A program made the translations under genes and the position numbers. From the IMG/VR virus record IMGVR_UViG_3300028886_000042: DNA of 64,000 nt. One strand, given 5' to 3'. The notes beneath the pieces are model-generated. The model did no database searches, had not been told where the DNA came from, and saw only the letters and a list, made by a program, of their open reading frames with translations. Positions 40,133 to 50,146 of the stretch are shown here, one piece after another. Source of the stretch: a virus. Lineage: Duplodnaviria > Caudoviricetes. Position 1 is the stretch's first letter. Each line of letters starts with the position of its first letter.

Positions 40133-40753
40133 ATGCAAAAATTAGCAAATATCGTAACACCTTCAAAAAATAACGGTTTTCCTGAAATATATAATGTGGT
40201 AAGTTCATGCGAAGATACAGACGTGAACTTACCTACTCTGTATATAGGGCTTGACAGTGCAAGGAAATGTATTGACAATTTTTCAATTCTCAAGAAATAC
40301 TATCCGGAACAGAACTGCTGGTGGACTTTTTCAAAAACCGAGAGAAGGGACGATAATATTACCGATATTGAGAATTTTCAGGAATATGTCATCATAAATG
40401 CACTTAAAAACACAAAGTATGAATATATCGATTTTATAAAATACAGTTTAAAGAGAATAAAGAAACTTATAAACTATATATTATACTCAGATAACAGTAA
40501 GATATGCTTTCTGACAAGAGGGAGCAGTTTCATGTTTATATATGACATAAAACTCAATACGGTATTCGGTCTGTCACTGTCATTGTGCGAATATTGCGGT
40601 CTGAACAAACATAAAATCATAAAACATGTTAAAAGTAATACAAATAACGAGTTTATTAACGGAACAGACTTCATGAATAATGACCTGAAACGCATAATAG
40701 GCAGTAATACACATTATATATTGCCGTTATACTGCTATTTTACGGATAAGTGA
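40133..40753 (+). CDS. Hypothetical protein
   Basis: 206-aa ORF after host-type promoter. Confidence 0.7.
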   Translation: MQKLANIVTPSKNNGFPEIYNVVSSCEDTDVNLPTLYIGLDSARKCIDNFSILKKYYPEQNCWWTFSKTERRDDNITDIENFQEYVIINALKNTKYEYIDFIKYSLKRIKKLINYILYSDNSKICFLTRGSSFMFIYDIKLNTVFGLSLSLCEYCGLNKHKIIKHVKSNTNNEFINGTDFMNNDLKRIIGSNTHYILPLYCYFTDK

Positions 40754-40784
40754 CTATTTATAATTATAATTAATGTGATATATT

Positions 40785-41105
40785 ATGCCACAGAAATTCA
40801 TAACAAAAAATCCGAACAGGAGAATAATAAGGCCTTCAAGCAGTGTATTCCATAACACATTGAAAGTCAAGGAAGTAAATCCGGTACATAATGTAACAAA
40901 GGTTGTTGCAAGTACTGAAAATAAGGAAATTAAAGAAAATACCGAGATGAACGCAGTTGAACAACTTAAGAACATTGTTGGTGACGATGCAAAATTGCCT
41001 AAGAGAAAAGTAAAGGTTGAGAAAAAAGACAAAGGACTGTTTGAACGTACTGAAGACAGTACGATATTACTGACAGAGGAAAATAAAATGCTTCTCAACG
41101 ACTGA
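40785..41105 (+). CDS. Small late hypothetical protein
   Basis: TATTTATA at 40755-40762; C-term GLFER..ILLTEE. Confidence 0.7.
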   Translation: MPQKFITKNPNRRIIRPSSSVFHNTLKVKEVNPVHNVTKVVASTENKEIKENTEMNAVEQLKNIVGDDAKLPKRKVKVEKKDKGLFERTEDSTILLTEENKMLLND

Positions 41106-41110
41106 ACATA

Positions 41111-41941
41111 ATGGACAGAACAGACAAGGAACTTATCAGTAAATACCACCTTGAAGAAGCACAGAAACGGTTTCAGATGATAAGTGAATATTCCTTTATC
41201 ACCAAACCGCAACTGTCAGAAGAAGGTGACGAGGACAATCAGCAGCAACAGCCTGCCGGAGAAAATCCACCGATGAACGGACAGCAGCAGCCTCCTATGC
41301 CTCAACAGGACAATTCCGGTATGCCGCCTCAAGATAACAGTAATCCTGCACCTGACAACAGTCAGGCTCCTATGGGTAATATGGACGGAAACCAACCGGC
41401 AGATATGCAACAGCAGCCGCCTATGCCACCTGTAAACGGTGAAGAGGGAGATATGGATGTTGATTTCAATACTGACGAAGAAGGTGAAGAAAATACAGAT
41501 ACCATGCAGGACGGCGATGAGGTAATCGACGTTGACGAACTCACAAACGCACAGGAAACGGTAGATGCTAAAATTGACGGTGTCGATGACAAGTTACAGA
41601 ATCTTTTAGCCGTAACGAAAAAGTTCATACAAGCCGTTGACCAGAATAACAGGAAAATCGATGACCTGAAGATTGAGTTTGAACGTCGCAATCCTTCACA
41701 GGAGGAAAAACTGAACATACGCTCACAGGCATCAGCACCATATTCTGAAAGTCCGAAGGATTTTTGGGACAGAAAAGCTGAAAATTCAAACTATAATGTT
41801 ATTTTCAATAATGACGTAGACCCAAGTAAGGAAGACAAAGAGTATGTCATAAGGAAGAGTGATATTAACAGTAATGACGACAGAGGCTTGTCAAAATCAC
41901 TTGATTATCCGACAAAACTCAGTGACTACTTGGATTTCTGA
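41111..41941 (+). CDS. Acidic Q/P-rich protein, possible prohead core/scaffold-associated
   Basis: LEEAQKRFQMISEY leader, low-complexity Q/P/D/E tract, C-terminal coiled coil. Confidence 0.55.
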   Translation: MDRTDKELISKYHLEEAQKRFQMISEYSFITKPQLSEEGDEDNQQQQPAGENPPMNGQQQPPMPQQDNSGMPPQDNSNPAPDNSQAPMGNMDGNQPADMQQQPPMPPVNGEEGDMDVDFNTDEEGEENTDTMQDGDEVIDVDELTNAQETVDAKIDGVDDKLQNLLAVTKKFIQAVDQNNRKIDDLKIEFERRNPSQEEKLNIRSQASAPYSESPKDFWDRKAENSNYNVIFNNDVDPSKEDKEYVIRKSDINSNDDRGLSKSLDYPTKLSDYLDF

Positions 41942-41947
41942 TATACT

Positions 41948-41991
41948 AAACCGGTCAATAGGACTGTTTTTCCTTTATGGCCGGTTTTTTT
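41948..41991 (+). terminator. Intrinsic terminator
   Basis: AAACCGGTCA...TGGCCGGTTTTTT. Confidence 0.7.
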
Positions 41992-42002
41992 ACCTTTTTA
42001 AT

Positions 42003-42035
42003 TTTGCTATTAATGATAAAAAAAGTATATTTGCA
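42003..42035 (+). promoter_or_regulatory. Bacteroidota promoter TTTG-N19-TATATTTGCA
   Basis: Exact consensus. Confidence 0.8.
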
Positions 42036-42064
42036 TAAAATAAACATATTATATTATATAAAAA

Positions 42065-43156
42065 ATGTCAGAAAAAATCAAACTAAATGTAAACACAAGT
42101 GCAGAAGCTATTTTACAGCAACGTAATGAAATCATTGCAAGCAAGGAAAACCAGTTGGTGAAGAAGAAATTCGAATTCGATGAAAAGAATTACCTTAATC
42201 TGAGGTTAAAGGAAGGCGAGACACAGAGAAAGGTCACAGTAAGGATTTTACCTGTAAGTGCAGATGACCCTAATACCTTCCTTATATTGCACACGCATTC
42301 AATGAAAGTTCCGACAGAGGTTTCAAAGAGCGGTTACAAATCATTTATCTGCCTCAATGAGAAGAAAATAAAGAATGACGGACGCGGATGCCCTCTATGT
42401 CAGAAGTCAAACGAACTTCTCAATGAAGCAAACTCCATACCTAACGATGAAGCGCACAGTGCAGAGAGAAAAGCACTTGTAAAACAGGGAATGCAGTACC
42501 GTCCGAAGGAAACATTCATTGTACGTGTAATCGAGAGAGGACATGAAAATGAAGGTGTTAAGTTCTGGCGATTCAATGCACATAATGACGGAACAGGCAT
42601 ATATGATGACCTTATTTCAATTTTCGACAACAGAGCACAGGAATCAGTTGACAACGGTGATGCATACTATAAGGTTGTAACTGATAATGAGGGCAAGAAA
42701 ACATATGTAAAGGTAGATACGGATGAATTCAACAGCCTCGAAGAGAATGAACGTGCCGTTATTCCATATAACGTATTCGACCTGAATAACGGAAAGGATT
42801 TCATCATAACATTACAGTATTCACCTAAAACCAAAAAGACAAGTATCAGTATCAATGATGCCGGAAAAGAAACACCATTGTCAAATGACATAAACCTTGC
42901 ACTGTCATGGATTAATGACCCGAAAACATGGTCTGACCTTTATTCACTTAAAACCTATGACTACCTTGAACTGATTGCAGAAGGAAAGGTTCCCTATTAC
43001 AGCAAGGAAGCACAGAAATGGGTTGACAAGGAACTTATTAATACCGGTGATATTGCAGCGGATGAAGCACGTAAGGAACTTGCAAACGGCGGTAATATAA
43101 TGAATACGGATATTGACTCCGGTGAATCTGATACAGAAGATGATTTACCGTTCTGA
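42065..43156 (+). CDS. Single-stranded DNA-binding protein (T4 gp32-like)
   Basis: VRILP, H..C..CPLC Zn site, GVKFWRF, acidic tail ending DDLPF. Confidence 0.85.
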   Translation: MSEKIKLNVNTSAEAILQQRNEIIASKENQLVKKKFEFDEKNYLNLRLKEGETQRKVTVRILPVSADDPNTFLILHTHSMKVPTEVSKSGYKSFICLNEKKIKNDGRGCPLCQKSNELLNEANSIPNDEAHSAERKALVKQGMQYRPKETFIVRVIERGHENEGVKFWRFNAHNDGTGIYDDLISIFDNRAQESVDNGDAYYKVVTDNEGKKTYVKVDTDEFNSLEENERAVIPYNVFDLNNGKDFIITLQYSPKTKKTSISINDAGKETPLSNDINLALSWINDPKTWSDLYSLKTYDYLELIAEGKVPYYSKEAQKWVDKELINTGDIAADEARKELANGGNIMNTDIDSGESDTEDDLPF

Positions 43157-43258
43157 AAACAAATAAACCCAACTTGGCGAGGAGAATGTTACTGGCCGTC
43201 TGACTGTTTATCAGATGGCTGTAACGTTCGTTAAATAATTTTTTGGTTTTTTTTATTA

Positions 43259-43867
43259 ATGAAACTATATTACAAATACGGTGTAATGTCAAGCAGCAAA
43301 TCAGCACAACTGCTTATGACAGCACACTCCTTTGATGAAAGAGGCATACCGTTCCTCTGTATAAAACCGTCAATTGACAACAGGGAAAACGAAGATACGA
43401 TAACTTCAAGAATCGGTATATCAAGGGAATGCATATCATTTGATTCGACATATAATCTCTATGACTATATTGACAAGTACATAGTAAACGTCGTAGTACA
43501 GGGGTTTGACAAACCACAGTGGATTCTTGTCGATGAATGTCAGTTCCTGACAAGCGAACAGATTGACCAGCTTGCAGATGTGGTTGACAATCTGGATATA
43601 AACGTAATATGCTATGGACTGAGAACAGATTTCAAGACAGAATTCTTCGAAGGTTCGAAGAGACTCATGGAAATTGCCGACGATATCGAGGAAATAAAGA
43701 TTTCATGCGGATGCGGAAGAAAAGCCATTGTGAATGCAAGAATCGACGAGTTAGGACAAATCGTTACAGACGGTGAACAGATTGAAATAGGCGGTAATGA
43801 AAGATATGTGTCACTTTGCCGTAAATGCTACAGGAAACTTCTGAAAAAACAGGGACATAAAATGTAA
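43259..43867 (+). CDS. tdk: Thymidine kinase
   Basis: YGVMSSSKS, SRIG, VDECQF, YGLRTDF, YVSLCRKC. Confidence 0.95.
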   Translation: MKLYYKYGVMSSSKSAQLLMTAHSFDERGIPFLCIKPSIDNRENEDTITSRIGISRECISFDSTYNLYDYIDKYIVNVVVQGFDKPQWILVDECQFLTSEQIDQLADVVDNLDINVICYGLRTDFKTEFFEGSKRLMEIADDIEEIKISCGCGRKAIVNARIDELGQIVTDGEQIEIGGNERYVSLCRKCYRKLLKKQGHKM

Positions 43868-43895
43868 AAATAAACAAATTTAAATTTAAATCAAA

Positions 43896-45026
43896 ATGGG
43901 ACAACCGATTAAAAAAGGAGCAGGGATAAAAAAAGCAGTTAATTCACAAGAAAGAAGAGAGTTTCTACGTTCGTTTAAAGAGAAAAACGGCATAGAAAAA
44001 GCGATAGAAAAAGAACCACAGTGGCTCATAATGCCGGATGCATTTGTTAAAGCAACAAAATTAAATATACCTTTAGGTACTTGTATTCGTGTAAGAGGTA
44101 AGTCGAATACAGGAAAGAGCACAATTAAGTTAGAGGTTATAAAGGCTGCAATCAGACAAGGCATATTACCTGTTGTTTTTGAACTTGAAAATAATTTTGC
44201 ATGGTCTCATGCCAAGGAAATGGGTATTGAGGTTGAGGAAATTGTTGACGAGGAAACCGGAGAAATTTCATATGGCCCCGGTGAAGATATTCTATACTAT
44301 GATACATCAAAATTGTACGAACTATATGGTAAATTCGACCACGAACACGGCAAATGGCTAAGTAAACCGAATCGTGAAAATTATGTTATTGAAGATGTTG
44401 CCAAATGTATTAGGGATTTAATAAAAAAACAGAAAGAAGGTGAACTTCCCTTTGATATGATTTTCGTAATCGATAGTATAGGCGTTGGCGAGTGTTACCG
44501 TGCAGCTATCAACAACTCAAGTAACCAGATGTGGTTTGCGGCGGCATTATCCTCTTCTTTCAATACAATTGTCAATGATTTGATACCTTCTTCACGTAAT
44601 GTAAATTCACCTTATATAAATACACTGTTCTTCGTACAGAAAATATGGACTCAAAACACAAGTATGGGTTTACCGAGAGCAATGTCAAAGGGCGGTGAAA
44701 GCCTTGATTGGAGTGTCAGGGTAAGTATTTTCCTTGGTGGTATTGAATCTGCAAGCATTAAGGCATTAACTGCAACTTCATGTGGTAAAGATTACAAATA
44801 CGGTGTAAAAACAAAGATTCAGATAGAAAAAAATCACGTTTCAGATATCACATACACCGGTGAAATATGTTCAACAGTTCATGGGTTATGGGACCCTGAT
44901 AAACTTGACGAATATAAGAAAACTTATGCAAAGGAAATAAAACAAAAACTGGCAGAAACAAATAAAATTGATATTAATGACATTAAGGAAATAGAATTTT
45001 CTGAAGTTGACGAGGTAAATGAATAA
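43896..45026 (+). CDS. RecA/UvsX-like recombinase
   Basis: Walker A GKSNTGKST, VIDSIG, KGGESL, EKNHV. Confidence 0.85.
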   Translation: MGQPIKKGAGIKKAVNSQERREFLRSFKEKNGIEKAIEKEPQWLIMPDAFVKATKLNIPLGTCIRVRGKSNTGKSTIKLEVIKAAIRQGILPVVFELENNFAWSHAKEMGIEVEEIVDEETGEISYGPGEDILYYDTSKLYELYGKFDHEHGKWLSKPNRENYVIEDVAKCIRDLIKKQKEGELPFDMIFVIDSIGVGECYRAAINNSSNQMWFAAALSSSFNTIVNDLIPSSRNVNSPYINTLFFVQKIWTQNTSMGLPRAMSKGGESLDWSVRVSIFLGGIESASIKALTATSCGKDYKYGVKTKIQIEKNHVSDITYTGEICSTVHGLWDPDKLDEYKKTYAKEIKQKLAETNKIDINDIKEIEFSEVDEVNE

Positions 45027-45066
45027 AGTCAATAAAAGTGTTTTTAATAAAAATTAACATATTTTA

Positions 45067-45144
45067 TTTGTTTTTATTGAAAAAGTATAGTACATTTGTA
45101 TTGAGATATTATAAATTTCCCTTAACAAATAGGGAAATTTTTTT
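45067..45144 (+). promoter_or_regulatory. Host promoter TTTG-N20-TACATTTG followed by terminator-like hairpin in the leader
   Basis: Promoter 45067-45098; AAATTTCCCT/AGGGAAATTT-TTTT at 45113-45144. Confidence 0.65.
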
Positions 45145-45167
45145 ATCTTCTTAATAAAGATTTATGT

Positions 45168-46616
45168 ATGAAAGATAAAATGCAAGAAGAATTTATTTCA
45201 AGGCTTAAAGAAATATACAAAAATGAAGATTACGATTTTTCTAAAACAGAATTTAAAGGGTTAAACGAAAACGTCATTTTTCATTGTAATGTACATAACA
45301 TAGATTTAATTAAAAAGGCACAATCTTTAATTAACGGTTGCGGATGTCATTTATGCAGGAGAACCGGACATAAATACACAAATGAAGAGTGGAGAATTTT
45401 GGCTAAGATAGAACGTCCTGAGTATGACGCATCCGAAAGTACATATATTGACAAAAGTCATAAAGTTGAAGTATATTGTCACAAAAAGGATGAAAACGGG
45501 GTTGAACACGGTAAATTCTCAGTATTTCCGAATCTATTTTTACGGGGACAGCAAGATTGCCCTAAATGCCGTAAGGAAAGGGAAAGAGAAACCAAAGAGA
45601 AGAACTTTTTAGAAAAGATAAAGGTCATTTATGAAGATAAAGACTATGATTTTTCAAAAATAAGATATGTAAATGCTTCTACACCGGTTGAAATAGTATG
45701 TAATAAACATAACGTTACATTTTATCCAAGACCTGGAAATATATTGGGTTCTCATACATGTTGCCCTAAATGCGGAATAGAGAAGATTTGTGACAAAAGA
45801 CGTTTAACTGTTAATGAAATAATCGCACGTATAAAAGAGAAGTTCGGAAATAAACTTGATTGTAGTAAAGTAGTTCAGCCGAAAAACACCGAAAGTAAAA
45901 TAACACTTATTTGTCATGAAAAGGATGAAAATGGTAATGAACACGGAGAATTCCAAATAACGCCGCATAGTTTATTTTCTTCTAAATATGCTTGCCCTAA
46001 ATGTGCATGTGTAAATATAGGGTTAAACGGTCGTATCAGTAATGAAGAATTTTTAGATAAGGTTAAGAAAATACATTACGGTAAAAATTTTGACTGGAGT
46101 TTAACACATTATACAAAATATGAAGATTATGTCAAGGTTATATGCAATGAAACTGACAGATTCGGAAATAAACATGGTGAATTCAAGGTAAAGGCAGGTA
46201 ACTTATTAAACGGAAACGGATGTCCGTTGTGTAATTCAAGTCATTTAGAACAAACTGTAAGAGCAGACTTATTAATGAATAACATACAGTTTGAACAATA
46301 CAAACGTTTCGAATGGTTAGGCTTGCAATCTTTGGATTTCTATCTGCCTGAATGTGGTATAGGAATAGAATGTCAGGGTAGTCAGCATTTCAAAGATGAC
46401 TTTTTTAAATCAAAGGGTATTGAATTTTCAAAGAATTTGTTTAAAGAGACAACGCAACGTGATTCCCGTAAAAAACAGTTATGTAAGGAGAATAATGTCG
46501 AGTTAATATATTTCCTTGACAAAAAATATGTCGGATATATGTCGGATGGTGACATTTATTTTACGGATGTTAAAAAACTTACGGAATACTTAACGAATAA
46601 ATTAGTAACTGTTTGA
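45168..46616 (+). mobile_element. Free-standing homing endonuclease: 5 Zn-finger repeats + PD-(D/E)xK domain, no GNAT tail
   Basis: SHLE, SLDFYLP, GIECQGSQHF, RDSRKKQLC. Confidence 0.75.
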
Positions 46617-46653
46617 TTTACTGTTATTTAACAGTATTTTTCTCCTTTTTATA

Positions 46654-46687
46654 TTTGGTATGTTAATTTTAAAGCAGTATATTTGCA
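46654..46687 (+). promoter_or_regulatory. Bacteroidota promoter TTTG-N20-TATATTTGCA
   Basis: Exact consensus. Confidence 0.8.
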
Positions 46688-46729
46688 AAAAGAAATAATA
46701 TTAATAATTAATTAACTTACTTAATAAAA

Positions 46730-46969
46730 ATGGGAAATGTTGAAAATGTACTGAAAGAACTTATTCAGGAAATCAAGGAAGCAAAGGATTATGAACTGAT
46801 TGAAGGTGACAGGGAATCATATAAGGAAGGTTTGGCTACCGCTGCAATGTTTATTGCTGAGAAGTTGGATGAAGAGACTGATTTTGAAAACGAATATCTT
46901 GAACATGAAGGTGAATGGTGGAACGGTGATATTGACGAGAGTGTATTTTACGAAAAACCTGAATGTTAG
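46730..46969 (+). CDS. Small highly acidic early protein
   Basis: 25 D/E versus 7 K/R in 79 aa. Confidence 0.7.
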   Translation: MGNVENVLKELIQEIKEAKDYELIEGDRESYKEGLATAAMFIAEKLDEETDFENEYLEHEGEWWNGDIDESVFYEKPEC

Positions 46970-47012
46970 TGAGGAAGAAGCGTTGGATTATATCGTTTAA
47001 AAACTGTTTGTT

Positions 47013-47633
47013 ATGTTAGAACAGATTAAAAAACGGCTTACAAATAAAGTTATCTTCGAGTTAGACAAGGAGAACAACACTATCAGAGATACGGTAGAGG
47101 AAGCGGTAAGGCGGGGAATCAGTTTAAGTCGTGCTGACTTTAGTTGTGCAACTCTTAAAGGTGCTGACCTTCACGGTGCTAAATTATACAATGCAAGCTT
47201 CGCAAATGCAAATCTTGAAGGTGCAAATATAGAAGACGCACAGCTTGATAATACCATTTTGGATAATACCATCATGCCGGATTTTCCTATAGCGTGCCCT
47301 GAGACAGGTACATTCATCGGATATAAAAAAGTATTCTGTACAGAGGAATATGGATTTAAGAGAAGTTTCATAGTTAAACTTGAGATACCTGAGGATGCGA
47401 AACGTAGTTCATCCACTACGAATAAGTGCCGTTGCTCGAAGGCTAAAGTGCTTGAGGTAAAGGACATGGAGTTGGATGAAAAAGTTCGTAAGATAACTAA
47501 CATAAACATGTTTACGTGCGTTTACGAAGTAGGTGAATATGTCTACCCAGATTCCTTTGACGAATGCAGGTGGAATGAATGCAGTAATGGTATACATTTT
47601 TTCATGACAGAGGAAGAAGCAGCAAGCTATTAA
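47013..47633 (+). CDS. Pentapeptide-repeat protein with DUF5758-like C-terminus
   Basis: ADFSC ATLKG ADLHG AKLYN ASFAN ANLEG; KCRCSKAKV, ECSNGIHFF. Confidence 0.85.
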   Translation: MLEQIKKRLTNKVIFELDKENNTIRDTVEEAVRRGISLSRADFSCATLKGADLHGAKLYNASFANANLEGANIEDAQLDNTILDNTIMPDFPIACPETGTFIGYKKVFCTEEYGFKRSFIVKLEIPEDAKRSSSTTNKCRCSKAKVLEVKDMELDEKVRKITNINMFTCVYEVGEYVYPDSFDECRWNECSNGIHFFMTEEEAASY

Positions 47634-47664
47634 ATAATATAAATTAAAGAAAATAAAAAACAAG

Positions 47665-47955
47665 ATGAAAACAAGAATTATCAAGGAAGCTGAATTTGAT
47701 TTCAGTGAGGAAAAATATACGGCAATACCTAACAGTGTTTTTTCAATGCTTATAGGTGAGCCTGAGGATTATTTGGACAGTAATCCGTCTTCTCCGAAGA
47801 TTATTATGTTTGAAAATAAGGAAGATTACATTCACAATGCGTTACGTCACAATATTGACAGTTCAAAAAACTATTACGTTTCGAATAAAGGTCAGATTTT
47901 ATGTTTTTTGAAGGATGAGGTCACAACCGATACCGAAGAAGATAAAGGAGAGTAA
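47665..47955 (+). CDS. Hypothetical protein
   Basis: 96-aa ORF in operon. Confidence 0.6.
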   Translation: MKTRIIKEAEFDFSEEKYTAIPNSVFSMLIGEPEDYLDSNPSSPKIIMFENKEDYIHNALRHNIDSSKNYYVSNKGQILCFLKDEVTTDTEEDKGE

Positions 47956-49078
47956 TCCTGAGTTAGGAATAAAGACATTTAACACTCTGTTGGTGGATGG
48001 TTCTAACATATTAGAACTGTCCTCTCTTGGTGACAGGACATTATCTTCAAGCGGTAAGAGGATAGGAGGTATATTTCAGTTTCTTCTTCAACTTAAGATA
48101 ATGTTAAAGAAGGCTAATTTCAGATATGTCTATGTTTTTTGGGACGGTGACAATTCCGGTGAATACCGTTCATGGCTCTGTCAGGACTACAAAAGTAACA
48201 GGGATAAGAACTATTCTTCACCGGATGGCTTGTCTGATTACATGATAGAGTTCAACAGGAATCTGAAAAGGATGCAGAATTACATTTACAACAAGCGCAG
48301 AAGGGAGAAAACAGAGGAAGAGAAGAAGGAAAAGGAAATATTCTATGAGCAGCGTGAAGTTGTAATGAACTGTCTTGAGGAACTGTTTGTAAGGCAGTGT
48401 GTATGTGACAAGGTAGAGGCAGATGACCTTATAGCATACTACGTAAAGAACAAGAAACCGAACGAGCGTATTGTCATAATGTCGAATGACAGGGATTTGA
48501 CACAGCTGATAGATGAGGATGTGATTATATACTTACAGCAGAAGAAAATATTCATAAACACGAAGAACCATACTGATGAGATAGGTTATAATTACAAGAA
48601 TGTCCTTATCAAGAAAATGCTGTGCGGTGACAGTTCTGACAGTATAAAGGGTATTAAGGGATTCGGTGAAGTTACATTATTGAAGAATTTCCCTGAGATA
48701 AAGGAGAGGGAGATAACACTTGACGAGGTTATAGAGAAGGCCCGTAGGATTAACGAGGACAGGGCTGCAAACAGGAAGAAGCCGTTGAAGTGGGCTTATA
48801 ACATAGTTGAAGGTATAACGGACGGTTCGCAGGGTAATAAAGTATATGAGATAAACAGGATTATTATAGACCTCAGAAATCCGATAATGACGGACGAGGC
48901 GAAGGAACTGATGGATTCTATGATGTATTCCCCTATAGACCCCGAAGGAAGGAGTTTTGATAATCTGTACAAAATACTCTGTGATGAAGGTATAGAAGAA
49001 CTTACAGACCCGTCGAAATTCAGTAATTTTTTCATTGAATATGCATATCTTATAGAAAATGAGAAAAAAAACTGTTGA
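47915..49078 (+). CDS. 5'-3' exonuclease / flap endonuclease (T4 RNase H / PolA N-terminal-like)
   Basis: LLVDG, VFWDG, YKSNR, EADDLIA, SNDRDL, GDSSDSIKGIKGFG. Confidence 0.9.
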   Translation: MRSQPIPKKIKESNPELGIKTFNTLLVDGSNILELSSLGDRTLSSSGKRIGGIFQFLLQLKIMLKKANFRYVYVFWDGDNSGEYRSWLCQDYKSNRDKNYSSPDGLSDYMIEFNRNLKRMQNYIYNKRRREKTEEEKKEKEIFYEQREVVMNCLEELFVRQCVCDKVEADDLIAYYVKNKKPNERIVIMSNDRDLTQLIDEDVIIYLQQKKIFINTKNHTDEIGYNYKNVLIKKMLCGDSSDSIKGIKGFGEVTLLKNFPEIKEREITLDEVIEKARRINEDRAANRKKPLKWAYNIVEGITDGSQGNKVYEINRIIIDLRNPIMTDEAKELMDSMMYSPIDPEGRSFDNLYKILCDEGIEELTDPSKFSNFFIEYAYLIENEKKNC

Positions 49079-49084
49079 ATTTAT

Positions 49085-49117
49085 TTTGACGTTTTGAGTT
49101 TAAGACGTATATTTGCA
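49085..49117 (+). promoter_or_regulatory. Bacteroidota promoter TTTG-N19-TATATTTGCA
   Basis: Exact consensus. Confidence 0.8.
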
Positions 49118-49171
49118 AAAGAAAATCTATAAAAAGAAATTGTTTAACCATTTTTAAAGAACATTTTAATA

Positions 49172-50050
49172 ATGTCAGAAAACAACAACAACTTTAAGAA
49201 AGAGCCTAAAGTTTTGGATAACGAGGCTTATAAGGAGAGATTTCAGTTTCTGCTGTGGGTAAATGACAACATTATCTGTCAGCGTTACTTCAGAATTAAC
49301 GGTTATAACAGTGATTCGCTTAAATCACTTCAGTTCAAGAACACAATGGACGAAGTTGTTAAGATGATTCAGGATGACCTGGTATCTAAGAGCAGAATCT
49401 TCATGTGGTATACAAGAAACGAGCCCATGAAGCTTTGCGGTTTCGTTAATAAGTACGAAGGCCTTAAGGATTCAGACATATTGATGCTGTCTTCACCTGA
49501 CTATGACGGTGAAGTGGAACTGTCTGACGGTGAAACTGTTGAAAAGGAATATTTCAGTTATCCCGAAGGTATGGAGGATTCATATTCGGATAACGAGAAT
49601 CTGCCCAAATGGGAAGTTACGTTCAAATTTCAGATGGTTGTGGATGAACACACTGTCTATGAGAAAATTTGGGACGGCGGTGTATATCCCAAGTATGTAA
49701 GGAACGGTGTAGACCTTACGAATTCAGATATCATGTACCGTGACAAGGAGCCTTCTTCCCTTCATTTTGCCTACGCCATTATCCGTCACATGACCCTTGG
49801 CAAGATTGACCTTGTATATCACATTATCAGACAGATATGCGAGGTTATGAGTTACAAGTTCGAGGACAGCAACAAGTATATCAAGAGAGACAGGTACAGT
49901 GACAGAAACTATATTCTCTCAACCTACAACAAGGATTGGGTTGACAACGCAAGACAGTCATGCCTTCAAAAGACAAGAGAATATTTCAATAATTTCGATA
50001 CGTTCGGTTTGACACCCGGACAATTTGACTATATTGAGAACCGTTTATAG
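49172..50050 (+). CDS. Hypothetical protein in replication block
   Basis: 292-aa ORF with own promoter and terminator. Confidence 0.75.
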   Translation: MSENNNNFKKEPKVLDNEAYKERFQFLLWVNDNIICQRYFRINGYNSDSLKSLQFKNTMDEVVKMIQDDLVSKSRIFMWYTRNEPMKLCGFVNKYEGLKDSDILMLSSPDYDGEVELSDGETVEKEYFSYPEGMEDSYSDNENLPKWEVTFKFQMVVDEHTVYEKIWDGGVYPKYVRNGVDLTNSDIMYRDKEPSSLHFAYAIIRHMTLGKIDLVYHIIRQICEVMSYKFEDSNKYIKRDRYSDRNYILSTYNKDWVDNARQSCLQKTREYFNNFDTFGLTPGQFDYIENRL

Positions 50051-50076
50051 CATTCTCAATTCTCCATTCTGTCTAT

Positions 50077-50107
50077 AGCCGCTCTGTATAATCCGGGCGG
50101 CTTTTTT
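50077..50107 (+). terminator. Intrinsic terminator
   Basis: AGCCGCTC...GGGCGGCTTTTTT. Confidence 0.75.
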
Positions 50108-50146
50108 AAAAAGTTCCGTCTAATATTTAAAATATATATATTTTTC

